Shown piece after piece: positions 136,979-147,724 of a DNA stretch of 248,000 bases; within the stretch, counting starts at the first letter, position 1, and each line of letters begins with the position of its first letter. The notes beneath the pieces are model-generated. The model had not been told where the DNA came from. It saw nothing but the letters and a program-made list of their open reading frames with translations, and did not search any database. The position numbers and the translations under genes were made by a program. The stretch is taken from NCBI RefSeq assembly GCF_000737315.1, contig NZ_JMCB01000003.1, forward strand, positions 20,001-268,000. The letters are read 5' to 3'. Source of the stretch: Hyalangium minutum (lineage in GTDB: Bacteria; Myxococcota; Myxococcia; Myxococcales; Myxococcaceae).

Positions 136979-138280
136979 ATGCGTCTCGTGAGGCCCGCCT
137001 GCTGCACCGCCGTGCTGCTCCTCCTGCTGGGGATGCCCCGGCCCGCGGCGGCCTTCTCCGTGGGCGACCACCAGGCCCTGACCGAGGCCGCGCTGAAGGC
137101 GGCAGGCTCCGAGGCGCGCCCGCTGCTCGCGGCACACCGTGACGCGGTGCTGCATGGCGCCACCGCCGAGGATCTCAACCTCCACGTGAAGTGGACCGGC
137201 TGGCACCACTTCTATTGCCCCGAGGGCTCACTCCATACCGCTCTGCGCCACGCCTCCGACGCCCGGGTGCGGGAACTCTGGGAGGAGGCCTTGGAGGCCG
137301 CACGCCACGGCGATCTGGAGCGTGCCTTCGATCGCGCGGGGCACCTTGCCCACCACGTGCAGGACATGGCCTCGCCACCCCACGTGGTGCCGGTGAACCA
137401 CGGGCTGTGGGATCGCTTCGAGCGGTATGGGGTCCGTGCCTCGCTGGCGCGGGCTCCGAGCCGCCAGGTGGCGCCACTTCCGGGTGCGGAGGCGCAGCAG
137501 GCGCTCGCGCGCGAGACACTGGCCGCCGTGCGGAGCGACTCACTGCCCACGTCTCACGGTCCGATCCCCTGGAGTGCCTTCTGGTCCGAGCCTTCCACCC
137601 GTGTCGCCGCAGCCTTCGGCAGTTACGGCGGAGAGGCGGGCAACGCGTTCGGCGTTCGCGAGGTGCGCTGGCAGGGCAAGCGCCACCCCATCGAGCCCGC
137701 AGGCTACGCTGCCTTCATGGACGCGCGGGTCTCCGGCGCGGTGGCGTACACCCGAGCCTTCCTCGAGTGGGCAAGTGATCGCTTCGAAGAGGTCGCCGCC
137801 GCGAAGGAGTCTGTCGCCTTGCGCGGCTTCCGCCCATCGCCCGAGCTGTCTCTGCAGCTCTTGGGCGGAGTGACCCGGGACTCGCGAGGAACCACCTCGG
137901 TGCTCGGCCTCCGCGCGGCACTCCCGCTGCCTCGTGCGTTCATGCTGTCGCTGGATTGGACTCGAGGTGTGGGCAGCATGCAGGCCGCGCGACGCTCGGG
138001 AGGCACGTCCCTGGTCCTGCTCACGCCGCCGCTGTGGACGGCCCGGCCCGGTTATCCCCTGGGGCTCGATCTGCGGGCCGCCGTGGGCGTGGGCCTGGTT
138101 CCTTGGGAGGGACAACAGCGGATCAGCGTACCTGCCGGGTTGCGCGCGCACGCGGCTCTGCCCACCCCCTTCTCCCTGAGCGCACAGGTGCTCTACCAGG
138201 GACTCCAGCCTCCCGGCGGCACGTGGAGCCATGGCGTCGCTTTCACCCTGGGAGCGGGTCTGGCCTGGGGAGACCGATAA
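136979..138280 (+). CDS. Zn-dependent phospholipase C/S1-P1-like domain plus beta-strand C-terminus
   Basis: DHQALT, WHH, GHLAHHVQD..HV. Confidence 0.65.
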   Translation: MRLVRPACCTAVLLLLLGMPRPAAAFSVGDHQALTEAALKAAGSEARPLLAAHRDAVLHGATAEDLNLHVKWTGWHHFYCPEGSLHTALRHASDARVRELWEEALEAARHGDLERAFDRAGHLAHHVQDMASPPHVVPVNHGLWDRFERYGVRASLARAPSRQVAPLPGAEAQQALARETLAAVRSDSLPTSHGPIPWSAFWSEPSTRVAAAFGSYGGEAGNAFGVREVRWQGKRHPIEPAGYAAFMDARVSGAVAYTRAFLEWASDRFEEVAAAKESVALRGFRPSPELSLQLLGGVTRDSRGTTSVLGLRAALPLPRAFMLSLDWTRGVGSMQAARRSGGTSLVLLTPPLWTARPGYPLGLDLRAAVGVGLVPWEGQQRISVPAGLRAHAALPTPFSLSAQVLYQGLQPPGGTWSHGVAFTLGAGLAWGDR

Positions 138281-138376
138281 CCCTCCGGCATGTGGGGCGC
138301 GGTGCGGCATGAGCACCGGATCGTGACGGGCCGGTGGTTCCGTGTGGATCCATTTTCAGGTATTCCCTTCGCGCCC

Positions 138377-140101
138377 ATGACCCATTCCCACTCTTCCTCC
138401 TTCTCGAATGCGCGGGTGCGTCCCAGCGTCTTCAAGTTGCTCGGGGCCCTCGTTGCCGGCTCCGTGCTCACCCTCTCGGCTGGCTGCAGCGAAGATGAGC
138501 TGACGCCCGCGCAGGCGCCGACGAAGGTCCAGCTGATCGCCTTCAACGACTTCCACGGCAACCTGGAGCCCCCCACGGGGAGCAACGGCCGCATCCGGGT
138601 GCCGACCAGCGATGGGAAGGGCGCGGATGTGAACGCGGGCGGCGGCGCGTACCTCGCCTACCACATCGACAAGCTGCGCCAGCGCAACGAGAACACGGTG
138701 GTGGTGTCCGCGGGTGACCTGATCGGCGCCTCGCCGCTGGTGTCGGGCATCTTCCACGACGAGCCCACCATCGAGCTGATGAACCTGATCGGCCTGGACA
138801 TCAACGGCGTGGGCAACCACGAGTTCGATGACGGCCGCGACGAGCTGCTGCGCATGCAGAACGGCGGTTGCCACGCCAACGGCTGCGAGGCCAGCGCCTC
138901 GTTCCCGGGCGCGAAGTTCAAGTTCCTGTCGGCCAACGTGATCGACACGGTCTCCAACAAGCCCCTGCTGGACGCCTACACCATCAAGGAGTTCGGCGGC
139001 CAGAAGATCGCCTTCATCGGCATGACGCTGGAGGGCACCTCGACCATCGTGAACCTGGCCGGCATCGTGAACCTCTCCTTCAAGGACGAGGCGGACACGG
139101 TCAACGCGCTGGTCCCCGAGCTGAAGAGTCAGGGCGTGGAGGCCATCGTGGTGCTCATCCACGAGGGCGGTGCGCAGGTGGCCACGGGCTACTACAATGA
139201 GTGCGCCGGCATCTCCGGTCCCATCGTGGCGCTGACCGAGCGGTTCGATGACGCGGTGGACGTGGTCGTCTCCGGCCACACCCACCAGGCGTACAACTGC
139301 ACCATCGACGGCAAGCTCGTCACCAGCGCGGCCAGCCTCGGGCGCCTGCTCACCACCATTGATCTGACGCTGGATCCCTCCACGGGCGACATCGTGGAGA
139401 AGGTGGCCAACAACAACATCGTCACCCGCGACAACGCGAACACCCCGGCCGATACGCTGGTGAAGAAATACGTCAAAGACGCCACGCCCCTGGCCAGCCG
139501 CATCCTCGGCAACACGCCGGTGGAGCTGAAGGCCCCCATCCGGCCGCTGCCGGCGGGTATGTCGGGTGAGTCCATCCTGGGCAACATCGTTGCGGACGGG
139601 ATGCTCGCGGCCACCAAGGACGAGGCCAAGGGCGGCGCCGTGATCGCGTTCCAGAACCCGGGCGGCATCCGCGCGGACATCAACGCCGGGGACATCACCT
139701 TCGGCGAGGTCTTCACCGTTCAGCCCTTCGCCAACAACCTGGTGACGCTCACCCTGACGGGTGCCCAGATCGAGAAGGTGCTGGAGCAGCAGTGGGGCGC
139801 CAACGTCTCCATCATGCAGGTGTCCGAGGGTTTCTCCTACACCTGGAAGGAGTCGGGGCCGGCGGGGGACAAGATCGATCCGGCGAGCATCATGCTCAAC
139901 GGGACGGTGATTGACCCGGCGGCGAGCTACCGCGTGACGGTGAACAACTTCATGGCCAGCGGTGGTGACGGCTACCTGGCGTTCACCGAGGGCACGGGTC
140001 TGCTTACGGGTCCGATCGATCTCGACTCGCTCGAGGCCTACCTGCGGGTGAACAACCCGCTGACGGTCCCCTCGCTGGGCCGCATCACGCTCGTGCCGTA
140101 A
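138377..140101 (+). CDS. 5'-nucleotidase / metallophosphatase lipoprotein
   Basis: NDFHG, AGD, GNHEFD, SGHTH, NPGGIR. Confidence 0.92.
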   Translation: MTHSHSSSFSNARVRPSVFKLLGALVAGSVLTLSAGCSEDELTPAQAPTKVQLIAFNDFHGNLEPPTGSNGRIRVPTSDGKGADVNAGGGAYLAYHIDKLRQRNENTVVVSAGDLIGASPLVSGIFHDEPTIELMNLIGLDINGVGNHEFDDGRDELLRMQNGGCHANGCEASASFPGAKFKFLSANVIDTVSNKPLLDAYTIKEFGGQKIAFIGMTLEGTSTIVNLAGIVNLSFKDEADTVNALVPELKSQGVEAIVVLIHEGGAQVATGYYNECAGISGPIVALTERFDDAVDVVVSGHTHQAYNCTIDGKLVTSAASLGRLLTTIDLTLDPSTGDIVEKVANNNIVTRDNANTPADTLVKKYVKDATPLASRILGNTPVELKAPIRPLPAGMSGESILGNIVADGMLAATKDEAKGGAVIAFQNPGGIRADINAGDITFGEVFTVQPFANNLVTLTLTGAQIEKVLEQQWGANVSIMQVSEGFSYTWKESGPAGDKIDPASIMLNGTVIDPAASYRVTVNNFMASGGDGYLAFTEGTGLLTGPIDLDSLEAYLRVNNPLTVPSLGRITLVP

Positions 140102-140172
140102 GCCGTTTCAGAGCGCCCCTCTCTCGGTTGCGGGAGGGGGAGGGGCGTGCTCTCCGCCCGCGGAGCTCCGCC

Positions 140173-141627
140173 ATGCATCTTCGTGAGTATGTGACCTTCG
140201 ATGGGCTCGGCCTGGCGGAGCTCGTCCGGCGTCGAGAGGTGAAGCCAGAGGAACTCGTCCAGGTGGCGCTGTCGGCCATCGAGGCGGTGAATCCTTCCCT
140301 CAACGCCGTCATTGGCCTGGTGGAGGCCGAGACTCGGGCCACGCTGGCCAAGCCGCTGCCCGAGGGCCCCTTCACCGGTGTTCCCTTCCTGATGAAGGAT
140401 CTGGTGTTGCACATGGCCGGGGTCCCCACGGACATGGGGAGCCGGCTCTTCCAGGGGATGGTGGCGCCTCACGACACCACGCTCATGGCGCGCTACCGGC
140501 GCGCGGGCCTCATCCCGCTGGGAAGGACCAACGCGCCCGAGCTGGGCTTCAACGCCAGCACCGAGCCCGTACTGCACGGCCCCACGCGCAACCCGTGGAA
140601 CCCGGAGTACAGCACGGGAGGTTCCAGCGGCGGCTCGGCGGCGGCGGTGAGCGCGGGCATGGTGCCCGTGGCCTATGCGAACGATGGTGCGGGCTCCATC
140701 CGCATCCCCGCCTCGCTGTGTGGCCTGTTCGGCCTGAAGCCCACGCGCGGCCGGACGCCGTCAGGGCCGGATGTGGCCGAGGGCCTGAACGGGCTGGGCG
140801 TGGAGCATGTGCTGTCGCGCTCGGTCCGCGACAGCGCGGCCCTGTTGGATGCCACGCTGGGGCCGGACGTGGGCGACCGGTACTCGATCACGCCTCCGGA
140901 GCGGCCGTATCTGGAGGAGGTGGCACGTGAGCCTGGGCGCCTGCGCATTGCCGTCACTTGGGATACGGGCGCTCAGGTTGCCGTGAGCCCCGAGTGCGTG
141001 GCCGCGGTGGAGGCCACCGCGAAGCTGTGCCGCGAGCTGGGGCATGAGGTGATCGAGGCGAAGCCCTCGTATCGCCCTCAGGCGATGTGGACCTCGCTGG
141101 CGGCGCTCTGGAGCTCGGGGACAGCGGCGTTGGTGGATGGGATGTCGGCGATGATGGGCCGCACGCCAGGGCCGGATGTGCTGGAGGCCTCGATCTGGGC
141201 CACCGTGCTGAAGGGCCGGGAGCTCACGGCGGTGGAGCTGCAGCGGGCCTTCGCGATCATGAACCACCTCTCGCGCGAGGTGGGCCGCTTCTTCCTGCAG
141301 TATGACGTGCTGCTCACGCCCACGCTGCCCTATGCGCCGTACCGGCTGGGGGTGCTGAACGCGAACGCGCCGACGACGGCGGACGAGTGGATGCAGCACG
141401 CCTTCGGCTACTGCGCGTTCACGGCCCTGTACAACCTCACCGGCCAGCCTGCCATGAACGTGCCGCTCCACTGGAGCGCCGAGGGCCTTCCCGTGGGCGT
141501 CCAGTTCGTGAGCCGCTTCGAGGATGAGGCGACGCTGTTCCGCCTGGCCGGGCAGTTGGAGCGGGCTCGGCCCTGGGCGAAGCGGACTCCGCCCATTCAT
141601 GCCGCGAGCGCTCGCGGGGCCGCCTGA
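140173..141627 (+). CDS. Amidase signature family protein
   Basis: GGSSGGSAA, DGAGSIR. Confidence 0.92.
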   Translation: MHLREYVTFDGLGLAELVRRREVKPEELVQVALSAIEAVNPSLNAVIGLVEAETRATLAKPLPEGPFTGVPFLMKDLVLHMAGVPTDMGSRLFQGMVAPHDTTLMARYRRAGLIPLGRTNAPELGFNASTEPVLHGPTRNPWNPEYSTGGSSGGSAAAVSAGMVPVAYANDGAGSIRIPASLCGLFGLKPTRGRTPSGPDVAEGLNGLGVEHVLSRSVRDSAALLDATLGPDVGDRYSITPPERPYLEEVAREPGRLRIAVTWDTGAQVAVSPECVAAVEATAKLCRELGHEVIEAKPSYRPQAMWTSLAALWSSGTAALVDGMSAMMGRTPGPDVLEASIWATVLKGRELTAVELQRAFAIMNHLSREVGRFFLQYDVLLTPTLPYAPYRLGVLNANAPTTADEWMQHAFGYCAFTALYNLTGQPAMNVPLHWSAEGLPVGVQFVSRFEDEATLFRLAGQLERARPWAKRTPPIHAASARGAA

Positions 141628-141705
141628 GAGGGGCGCTCCGGCAGCAGCGCAATGCGTTAGGAAAAGATGCTATGAGCACCAATGAAATGGTATGAGCCCC
141701 AATTA

Positions 141706-142131
141706 ATGAGGGTTCTGCTGGCCAACCACCACCTGCAGTACCGAGCGGGGTCCGAGCTTTACTGCCTGGAACTTGCGACGGCCCTGCAGCGGGTGGGTCA
141801 TTGGGAGGCGGAGGAGCAGGCCCGGCGCGCCGAGCACGAGAGGCTCTTGGCACAGCTTCAGCACCAGCGATCCGAGCTGGAGGCACGGGCTCGGGCGTTG
141901 GAGGCGGAGCTGGGTGCGAAGGTCGGCGAGGCCGCGAACCTCCAGGCGGAGCTGGCGTCCGAGCAGCTCTTTCGCCAGCAGCGAGAGCAGGAACTGGAGG
142001 CCATCCACACCAGCATGGCGTGGAAGGGCGTCAACCTGCTGCGTGCCCTCAAGGATCGAACCCTCTTCGTGCCACACACCCGGAGCCGGTGGATCTACGA
142101 CCGAGTCTTGCAGCGGCTCAAGGCGCAGTGA
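141706..142131 (+). pseudogene. Glycosyltransferase remnant (internal deletion)
   Basis: GT4 N-terminus (MRVLLAN..GSELY..LATAL..GH) joined directly to a coiled coil and the IHTSMAWK tail. Confidence 0.55.
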
Positions 142132-142160
142132 GGGCAGGGAAGGAAGGGATCTGGGGCGGC

Positions 142161-144119
142161 TTATTTCCGCCGCGAGGGGCACCGGCCGCAGTGCTCCGAG
142201 AGGTGGAGCGCGTACACCACCCCTGCGGTTTCGTTGCGTGCCAGCAGCTCCGTGGGCTTGGACTGCACCCCGCGCGCGAACGCCTGCACCGTCTTCCACG
142301 CCGTCTTGGGATCTGGGGAGAACAGTGCCCCGTGGGCCGAGTCCTCCCACTGCAGCGTGCTCATCCAGTACTCCCAGCGGCCCGCGTCGGCGGACTCGGG
142401 CAGGGCGATCTCCGAGACCCGGGCCTCCTTGAACAGTGGCTTCACTTGAAGCTGGGCCTCGTAGCGCTCCACCTCGAGCGGCAGCTCGAACAGGAAGAGG
142501 CGCCCCGGCGGAGCCCCGGAGCCGGCGCGCACCGTCACCCGCATTCGAGAAGGCCTCGGGTACGCATCCTCCAGGCGCGCGGTGGCCTTCACGTACGCCG
142601 TGATCACATCCGAGTGGTCCGTGAGGGCCTCGTCCACCGCCACCTTGTTGCGCAGCACGTGCTCGCGCTCCTTGGCGTCGTACTCGGACAGGTCCGACAG
142701 GCACACGTCGCACGGTGAGGTGAGCCCCGTTATCAGCGCGCAGACGCTCCCCGACGGCTTCGAATATTCGCCGTCGGGATCGAACTCCAGCGTCTCGACC
142801 TGCGCCGCCAGCGGCGAGCCCGAGCACCCGTAGATGCTCGTCACCGTCTCGATCTTCCACTCCTTGCTCTGGGCCAGTGTCCCTCCCGGCGCTGCTTCCT
142901 TCATCCGGACTGCCGCGGCCACCGCCAACCGGTAGCGCTCGCCGTGGAAGGCCTCGTCGATCAGCGCCGGAGCAACCTGCGGCACTTCCTGGGGCTCGGC
143001 GATGATGAGGGCTCGTTTCAGCAACTCCATCCGCTCCTGGCCGTGCTCCTCACGAGAGAGGGTGTTCACCTGGGCCAGGTGCTCGGTGGCGCTGAGGCGC
143101 TTCGCCTGGAGGACCGCGAGCCGCATGTATCCCCGCGAGCTGAGGCCCCGCTGTTCGGGAGAGAGCGCCGCGGTCTCGCCCGCGTCGATCTTCGCCAGAT
143201 CCCCCAGGTTCACCGCCATCCACGGCGTCTTCTTCGCGACGAGCGCCACGTGAGCCCACGGCCCTTGGACGTTGAGCACCTCCACGGCTGCGTTCACCGG
143301 GAGCATGGTCACGATGGCATCTCGATCATCCGGGCCCTCGCGCACCGAGGCCCGGTACGGGATGACATAGCCCTGGGTACCCTTGGCGGGAGGCGCGGCC
143401 TCCGTGGCCGCCTTCTCCGTGAAGTCAATCAGCTCTCGCCCCAGCTCTCCTGGCTCCGTCTCAGCGACGGTGATCGCCTCCACGAGCGCACCGCTCCGGC
143501 CGTTGCCCTCGGCCATCGCCAGGGCTGCCTTCGCCAGCGGCTTCGCTCGCTCGAAGTCTCCCTTCTTGAGGTACTCGCTGGAGGCCTCCAGCAGGTTGCG
143601 CGTCAGAGGCTTCTCCGCCGAGAGCCCGAACTCGTCCACGTAGCCGCGCAGCGCCCCTCCTTGGATCACCCCGTGGTACTCCGCCGCGCCGGGAGGCTCC
143701 TGGGCCAGCAGCTGAACCTCCGTGCCCAGCTTCAGCGTCTCCACGACGCGCCCCGAGGACTCCCGCGTCGCATGCACGGGCACCTCCTCCAGCCGCACGA
143801 ACCGGGTCTCGCCTCGGAGCGGGTAGGGGGCCAGTCCATCGAGCTTCGTCCAGCGGGTGCCTCCCTTCGCCTCGATGCGGTACCACGCCGCGTCCTCCCA
143901 GAACCGAGGGGAGTGCACCTGGACCCGTGCGCCCAGCGGCAGCTTCTCCACCACGTCGGCGTCGTCGCGCGCCTCGCTCCGGAGCTCCAGGCTGTCCTGG
144001 GTGACGGTCATCTCCTGCGAGGAGCCGCAGGCCCCACCGAGCAGCAGCACCAGGGCCCAGGCCACGGCATGGAGCAACGAGAGCGTTCGCGAGCGCATGT
144101 GGCCCGCAGGAAACCCCAT
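142161..144119 (-). CDS. SH3b-domain lipoprotein
   Basis: Lipobox GGAC; repeated SH3b-like segments. Confidence 0.7.
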   Translation of the reverse strand: MGFPAGHMRSRTLSLLHAVAWALVLLLGGACGSSQEMTVTQDSLELRSEARDDADVVEKLPLGARVQVHSPRFWEDAAWYRIEAKGGTRWTKLDGLAPYPLRGETRFVRLEEVPVHATRESSGRVVETLKLGTEVQLLAQEPPGAAEYHGVIQGGALRGYVDEFGLSAEKPLTRNLLEASSEYLKKGDFERAKPLAKAALAMAEGNGRSGALVEAITVAETEPGELGRELIDFTEKAATEAAPPAKGTQGYVIPYRASVREGPDDRDAIVTMLPVNAAVEVLNVQGPWAHVALVAKKTPWMAVNLGDLAKIDAGETAALSPEQRGLSSRGYMRLAVLQAKRLSATEHLAQVNTLSREEHGQERMELLKRALIIAEPQEVPQVAPALIDEAFHGERYRLAVAAAVRMKEAAPGGTLAQSKEWKIETVTSIYGCSGSPLAAQVETLEFDPDGEYSKPSGSVCALITGLTSPCDVCLSDLSEYDAKEREHVLRNKVAVDEALTDHSDVITAYVKATARLEDAYPRPSRMRVTVRAGSGAPPGRLFLFELPLEVERYEAQLQVKPLFKEARVSEIALPESADAGRWEYWMSTLQWEDSAHGALFSPDPKTAWKTVQAFARGVQSKPTELLARNETAGVVYALHLSEHCGRCPSRRK

Positions 144120-144161
144120 CGAGCGGCCCTCGACAATGGCGGCAGAGCCCGGCGCCGCGGT

Positions 144162-145013
144162 TCACCCGCGATAGATGGGGGTGGGAGAGGGGGGCGTGGT
144201 GGCCGGGAGGATCTGCCGGAGCGCTTCGTTGATGGTGCGCCGGTGCCGCCACTGCTTCGGATACCCGAGCGACACCTCCTCGAAGCGCACGCCTTCCTCC
144301 CAGAAGGTGAGAGGGATGTGCAGGTGGCCGGTGACGACGACCTCGGCCCGGAAGCGCTGGGGCCAGTCCTCGGTCTGCCGCGTCCCGCACCAGATGGAGA
144401 AGCGGGGGATGCGCGGGAGGCGGGCGTGGTGCCGGCGCAGCGGGAAGTGGTTGACGAGGATCGTCGCGCAATCCGAGGGCAGGGCCTCCAGGCGCTTTCG
144501 GGTCTGCTCACAGCGCGCGGCGCACCACGCGGAGCGCGAGGGGTACGGATCGGGGAACAGGAGCGACTCGTCCGCGCACAGCACACCGGACTCCACGGCC
144601 CAATTCACCGCGTCCTGCTCGGGGACGTCATCCGGGCGGAACGAGTAGTCATAGAGCAAGAAGAGCGGCGCGATGATCCGCGGAGGGCCCTCTCCGGGCC
144701 ACCGGGGATACGGGTCCTCGGGCGTGAGGACTCCGTGGCTCCGGCACACGTCGACGAGCTGCTGGTACTGAGCCTCTCCCCGAGGTGCCGAGGGGCTCTG
144801 GGAGAGTGTCCACAGCTCGTGGTTGCCGGGGACCCAGAGGAGCTGCCGGAAGCGCGGAGCCAGCGTCTCGAAGGCAAACTCCAGATCCTCGGGAGCCTCG
144901 CCCACGTCTCCGGCGACGATGAGCCAGTCGTCCGGGTGAGGCGAGAGCTGCGCGAGGGCCTCACGGTTCTCGGGGGCACGGACGTGGAGATCGCTGATGG
145001 CGTAGAGCTTCAT
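144162..145013 (-). CDS. Metallophosphoesterase
   Basis: SDLH, AGD, PGNHE, GHLH. Confidence 0.9.
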   Translation of the reverse strand: MKLYAISDLHVRAPENREALAQLSPHPDDWLIVAGDVGEAPEDLEFAFETLAPRFRQLLWVPGNHELWTLSQSPSAPRGEAQYQQLVDVCRSHGVLTPEDPYPRWPGEGPPRIIAPLFLLYDYSFRPDDVPEQDAVNWAVESGVLCADESLLFPDPYPSRSAWCAARCEQTRKRLEALPSDCATILVNHFPLRRHHARLPRIPRFSIWCGTRQTEDWPQRFRAEVVVTGHLHIPLTFWEEGVRFEEVSLGYPKQWRHRRTINEALRQILPATTPPSPTPIYRG

Positions 145014-145088
145014 GTCCGGGTGTCTGGCTCACCGTGAGTGGTGAAAGAGCTGTTGTGCCTGCGGGAATCCTGAGTCTACACCTTCGGC

Positions 145089-146243
145089 ATGGAGACGCAG
145101 AGGACGGTCCTGATTGCGGGAGGCGGTATTGGAGGGCTCACCCTGGGAGTGGCGCTGCGCCGGGCTGGCTTCTCGGTCCGGGTCTTCGAGCGTGCGGCCT
145201 CCCTGCGCCCTGTGGGGGCGGGCATCACCATGCAGACCAACGCGATCCTCGCGTTCCGGACGATCGGGCTCGACGCCGAGGTCGCCGCGGCGGGCCAGGC
145301 CATGCAGCGTGGCTCCATTCTCGATTGGCGAGGCCGCTCGCTCGGGACGATGCTCGTGGGGGAGATGGCCCAGGAGCTTGGCGCTCCGATGATCGCCATT
145401 CACCGGGCCCGGCTCCAGGAAGTGCTCCAGAAGGCCCTGGGGCCGGAGCCGCTGACGCTGGGCACTCAAGTGGTGGGCTTCCGTGAGGAACCCGGAAGCG
145501 TCGTTGCCCGGCTCTCTGATGGCAGCGAGGTTTCGGGAGAGCTCCTGGTGGGTGCCGACGGCCTGCGCTCCACCGTGCGCGCGCAGCTCCTCCAGGATGG
145601 TGATCCCCCATACGCGGGGTACACGAGCTGGCGGGGCGTGTGCGAGGTCCCCGGAGTCGCGGACACGGCCTTCACCTCGGAGAGCTGGGGCCAGGGTCTG
145701 CGCTTCGGCATCGTGCCCATCGGACAGGGGCGCACCTACTGGTTCGCCACCGCCAACGCTCCTGCGGGCGGAGTGGACACCCCGGATGCCTACGGCGAGC
145801 TGCTGCTCCGCTTTGGCCACTGGCACTCGCCGATTCGAGCCCTCATCGAGCAGACGCCGGTCACGGCCATCGTTCGCACCGACATCTATGATCGTCCGCC
145901 GGTGCAGAGCTGGGCGCGGGGGCGCGTGGTGTTGCTCGGGGACGCGGCGCACCCGATGACGCCCAACATGGGGCAGGGTGGGGGACAGGCGGTGGAGGAT
146001 GCGGTGGTGCTCGCACGGTGCCTGGCCTCCGAGCCGGAGCTGTCCACCGCGCTGACCCGCTACCAGGCCTTGCGTGTGACTCGCGCCAACGGCTTTGTGA
146101 GCCAGTCGCGGCGGCTCGGAGAGGTGGGGCAGTGGGGGAACCCGCTGGCGTGCTGGGTGCGAGACCGGCTCTTCCAGCTCGTGCCCCAGAGCAGCATCCG
146201 CGCCAACCTCCGCCGCGTTTTGACGTTCAAGGCCCAGCCATGA
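145089..146243 (+). CDS. FAD-dependent monooxygenase
   Basis: GGGIGG, GADG, LLGDAAH. Confidence 0.92.
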   Translation: METQRTVLIAGGGIGGLTLGVALRRAGFSVRVFERAASLRPVGAGITMQTNAILAFRTIGLDAEVAAAGQAMQRGSILDWRGRSLGTMLVGEMAQELGAPMIAIHRARLQEVLQKALGPEPLTLGTQVVGFREEPGSVVARLSDGSEVSGELLVGADGLRSTVRAQLLQDGDPPYAGYTSWRGVCEVPGVADTAFTSESWGQGLRFGIVPIGQGRTYWFATANAPAGGVDTPDAYGELLLRFGHWHSPIRALIEQTPVTAIVRTDIYDRPPVQSWARGRVVLLGDAAHPMTPNMGQGGGQAVEDAVVLARCLASEPELSTALTRYQALRVTRANGFVSQSRRLGEVGQWGNPLACWVRDRLFQLVPQSSIRANLRRVLTFKAQP

Positions 146244-146295
146244 GTTGCTGGCGCGCGAGCGATCCGGGGAGAGCCTTCTGCGGTAGGCTGTCCCC

Positions 146296-146949
146296 GTGTT
146301 CCCTCTCCGCATCGTACTGAGTCTCTGTCTGCTCACGGCGAGCGTTTCCTTCGCCCAATCAGCTCCCGTGGATGCTCCCTCTGAGCAGGCTGCGCCGAAG
146401 GGCGAGCTCTTCCCCTACCAGTACAAGTACGAGACCGAGGACTCTCCCGCGCTCGTGTTTCCGCGCGTCGTCGCGGAGGTGTTCGGCGGGGTGCTCGGCG
146501 GCGTGGGGATGGGCATCGTGGGGCTGCTCGCGGGCGTCTCCGCGCTCGAGGATGTGAGCTGCGGCTCGGGCGAGGTGTGCGCGGCCACCATCCTCATCAT
146601 CACGGTGCCGGCTGTGTTCGTGGGCATTCCCTTGGGCGTCCAGTACGCCGCGCAAGGACTGGGAGGCCGAGGCGATTTCCTACCGTCGCTCGCGGGCACT
146701 TTGTTGGGCACCGGGGCCGGGCTCCTCTACGGCTTGAGCCAGGACGGACCGGGCTACATGGCGGTGGGCCTTATCGTGGGGCCAGTCCTGGGCGCCGTGA
146801 TCGGATACGAGATCTCCCACGCGATGAACGCGTCTAGCTCCTACCAGGCGAGGGCTGGGAGTTCCTCCGCTCAAGCCTTGCGCGTGGCGCCGTTGATCGG
146901 CGCGACGCCTCGGGGCGGCTTCCTCGGAGGGCTGTCCGGGAGCTTCTAG
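146296..146949 (+). CDS. Myxobacterial secreted/membrane protein
   Basis: Paralogue of 74373-75116; C-terminal GGLSGSF. Confidence 0.65.
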   Translation: MFPLRIVLSLCLLTASVSFAQSAPVDAPSEQAAPKGELFPYQYKYETEDSPALVFPRVVAEVFGGVLGGVGMGIVGLLAGVSALEDVSCGSGEVCAATILIITVPAVFVGIPLGVQYAAQGLGGRGDFLPSLAGTLLGTGAGLLYGLSQDGPGYMAVGLIVGPVLGAVIGYEISHAMNASSSYQARAGSSSAQALRVAPLIGATPRGGFLGGLSGSF

Positions 146950-146952
146950 CCG

Positions 146953-147480
146953 TCACCCGCTGCTCGAGCCCATGTGGCCCGGCGGGTTGCGCAGCCGCGT
147001 GTAGAGCGTCTCCGTCAGCAGGTACCAGAACTGCACGTACCCGATGCTCAGGATGTCCCCATCCTTGAGCGTCACCTCGCGCTTCATGATGATCGTCCCG
147101 TTGAGGAACGTGCCGTTGCGCGAGCCCAGGTCCTTCATCGTGCAGCGGCGATCGGCCTCGTTCCACTGCAGCACCGCGTGTTGCTTGGACACCGAGCCGT
147201 CATCCAGCACCACGTCGCAGTCCGGCAGTCGCCCGATCATCAGCGAGTCCTGCTCCTTCAGCGGCGGGAGGGTGGCCACCAGCAGGTCCTCGAACTCGAA
147301 CAGCAGCGAGAGCATCCCCTGCTCGATGGTGCCCCGGTTCGCCGTGTGCGTCGGGTCCAACACCGCCGAGGACTCAGGGCTCGGGGGCCGCTGAATCAGC
147401 ACGAAGGGCCCGAGCTGCTGGCGGAACTTCGCCTGCGTGAGAGCGGAGCCGAGCGCTCGCATTTCCTTGACCGAGATCAT
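146953..147480 (-). CDS. FHA domain protein
   Basis: IGR, SVSKQHA, DLGSRNGT. Confidence 0.88.
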   Translation of the reverse strand: MISVKEMRALGSALTQAKFRQQLGPFVLIQRPPSPESSAVLDPTHTANRGTIEQGMLSLLFEFEDLLVATLPPLKEQDSLMIGRLPDCDVVLDDGSVSKQHAVLQWNEADRRCTMKDLGSRNGTFLNGTIIMKREVTLKDGDILSIGYVQFWYLLTETLYTRLRNPPGHMGSSSG

Positions 147481-147724
147481 CGTGGGTCCACCTTAATAGA
147501 TCGCCGTCATGCCCACCCGCAGATCCGCACCCAGGGTCCGCGTCCAGGTCCAGGGTTCACCGGTCACCACCCCGGGACCTTTCCGGCAGCCTCGCCCGCT
147601 GCTTTCGTTTGCCCGGTTGCCGTTCGTCTCCTACATTCGGAAACTTCGTAAAGGCTGCTCCGGGTACCCCCGGCGAGGGGGCGGACAGGCGAACACTCAT
147701 CTGGTGGCGGAAGGAGCTGTGTCG

